From contig NC_134027.1 in assembly GCF_964204645.1 (NCBI RefSeq), positions 13,300,485 to 13,364,484 of the forward strand: 64,000 bases of DNA, given 5' to 3'. The stretch's first letter is position 1. Every line of letters begins with the position of its first letter. The position numbers and the translations under genes were made by a program. The notes beneath the pieces are model-generated. The model saw only the letters and a program-made list of their open reading frames with translations. It was not told the DNA's origin and searched no databases. Shown piece after piece: positions 63,721-64,000 of this stretch. This DNA comes from Tubulanus polymorphus (lineage: Eukaryota; Animalia; Nemertea).

Positions 63721-64000
63721 ATTACTTGCTGTAATAACCAACGTCCAATATTTACAATAATATGATTTTTGGTTTACCTATGTTATGGCTGTTGGTTTGC
63801 AGTCTGCCAATAGTATGTTAAATCGTGGCACAAAATTTAGTGGTAATACTTACGGCCGTTAAGCTTCGAACGGCCGATGCAATATTTTCGAGAAAAACGC
63901 GAAGAACATCGAAAACTCTTCGCTTTCTATAAGTAACTTGTGTTGACCTATATTTGTGTGTCGACACTTATATAAGGAATAGGATGAAAATGACGGGAGG

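Overview
AT-rich animal (probably invertebrate) nuclear DNA, dominated by nested mobile elements. An ~89-bp satellite (0.4-20 kb) is split by a complete 10.1-kb EnSpm/CACTA transposon (CCCAGCTGGCA TIRs, TT target duplication) carrying a transposase with one frameshift and an intact 8-exon DUF4806 gene; two MITEs also interrupt the satellite. Further right are a decayed IS3EU-like transposon, Helentron-associated (DINE-1-like) elements, BEL/Pao and CR1-type fragments, and the first four exons of a host astacin metalloprotease. The most striking content is three decayed copies (25-35.6 kb, 48.7-57.1 kb, 63.2-63.7 kb) of a Polinton/adintovirus-like endogenous virus with major capsid, penton and protein-primed PolB. 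Its PolB carries a LAGLIDADG intein at the catalytic DTDS site, it encodes a VLTF3-like zinc-ribbon protein, and most of its genes start with a poxvirus-late-promoter-like T-run...TAAATG. Together these suggest a virophage-like dependence on a large DNA virus. A separate signal is recurrent TA->TAGGCCTA micro-insertions, demonstrable against sister repeat copies. All family assignments come from motif recognition by eye, not database searches.
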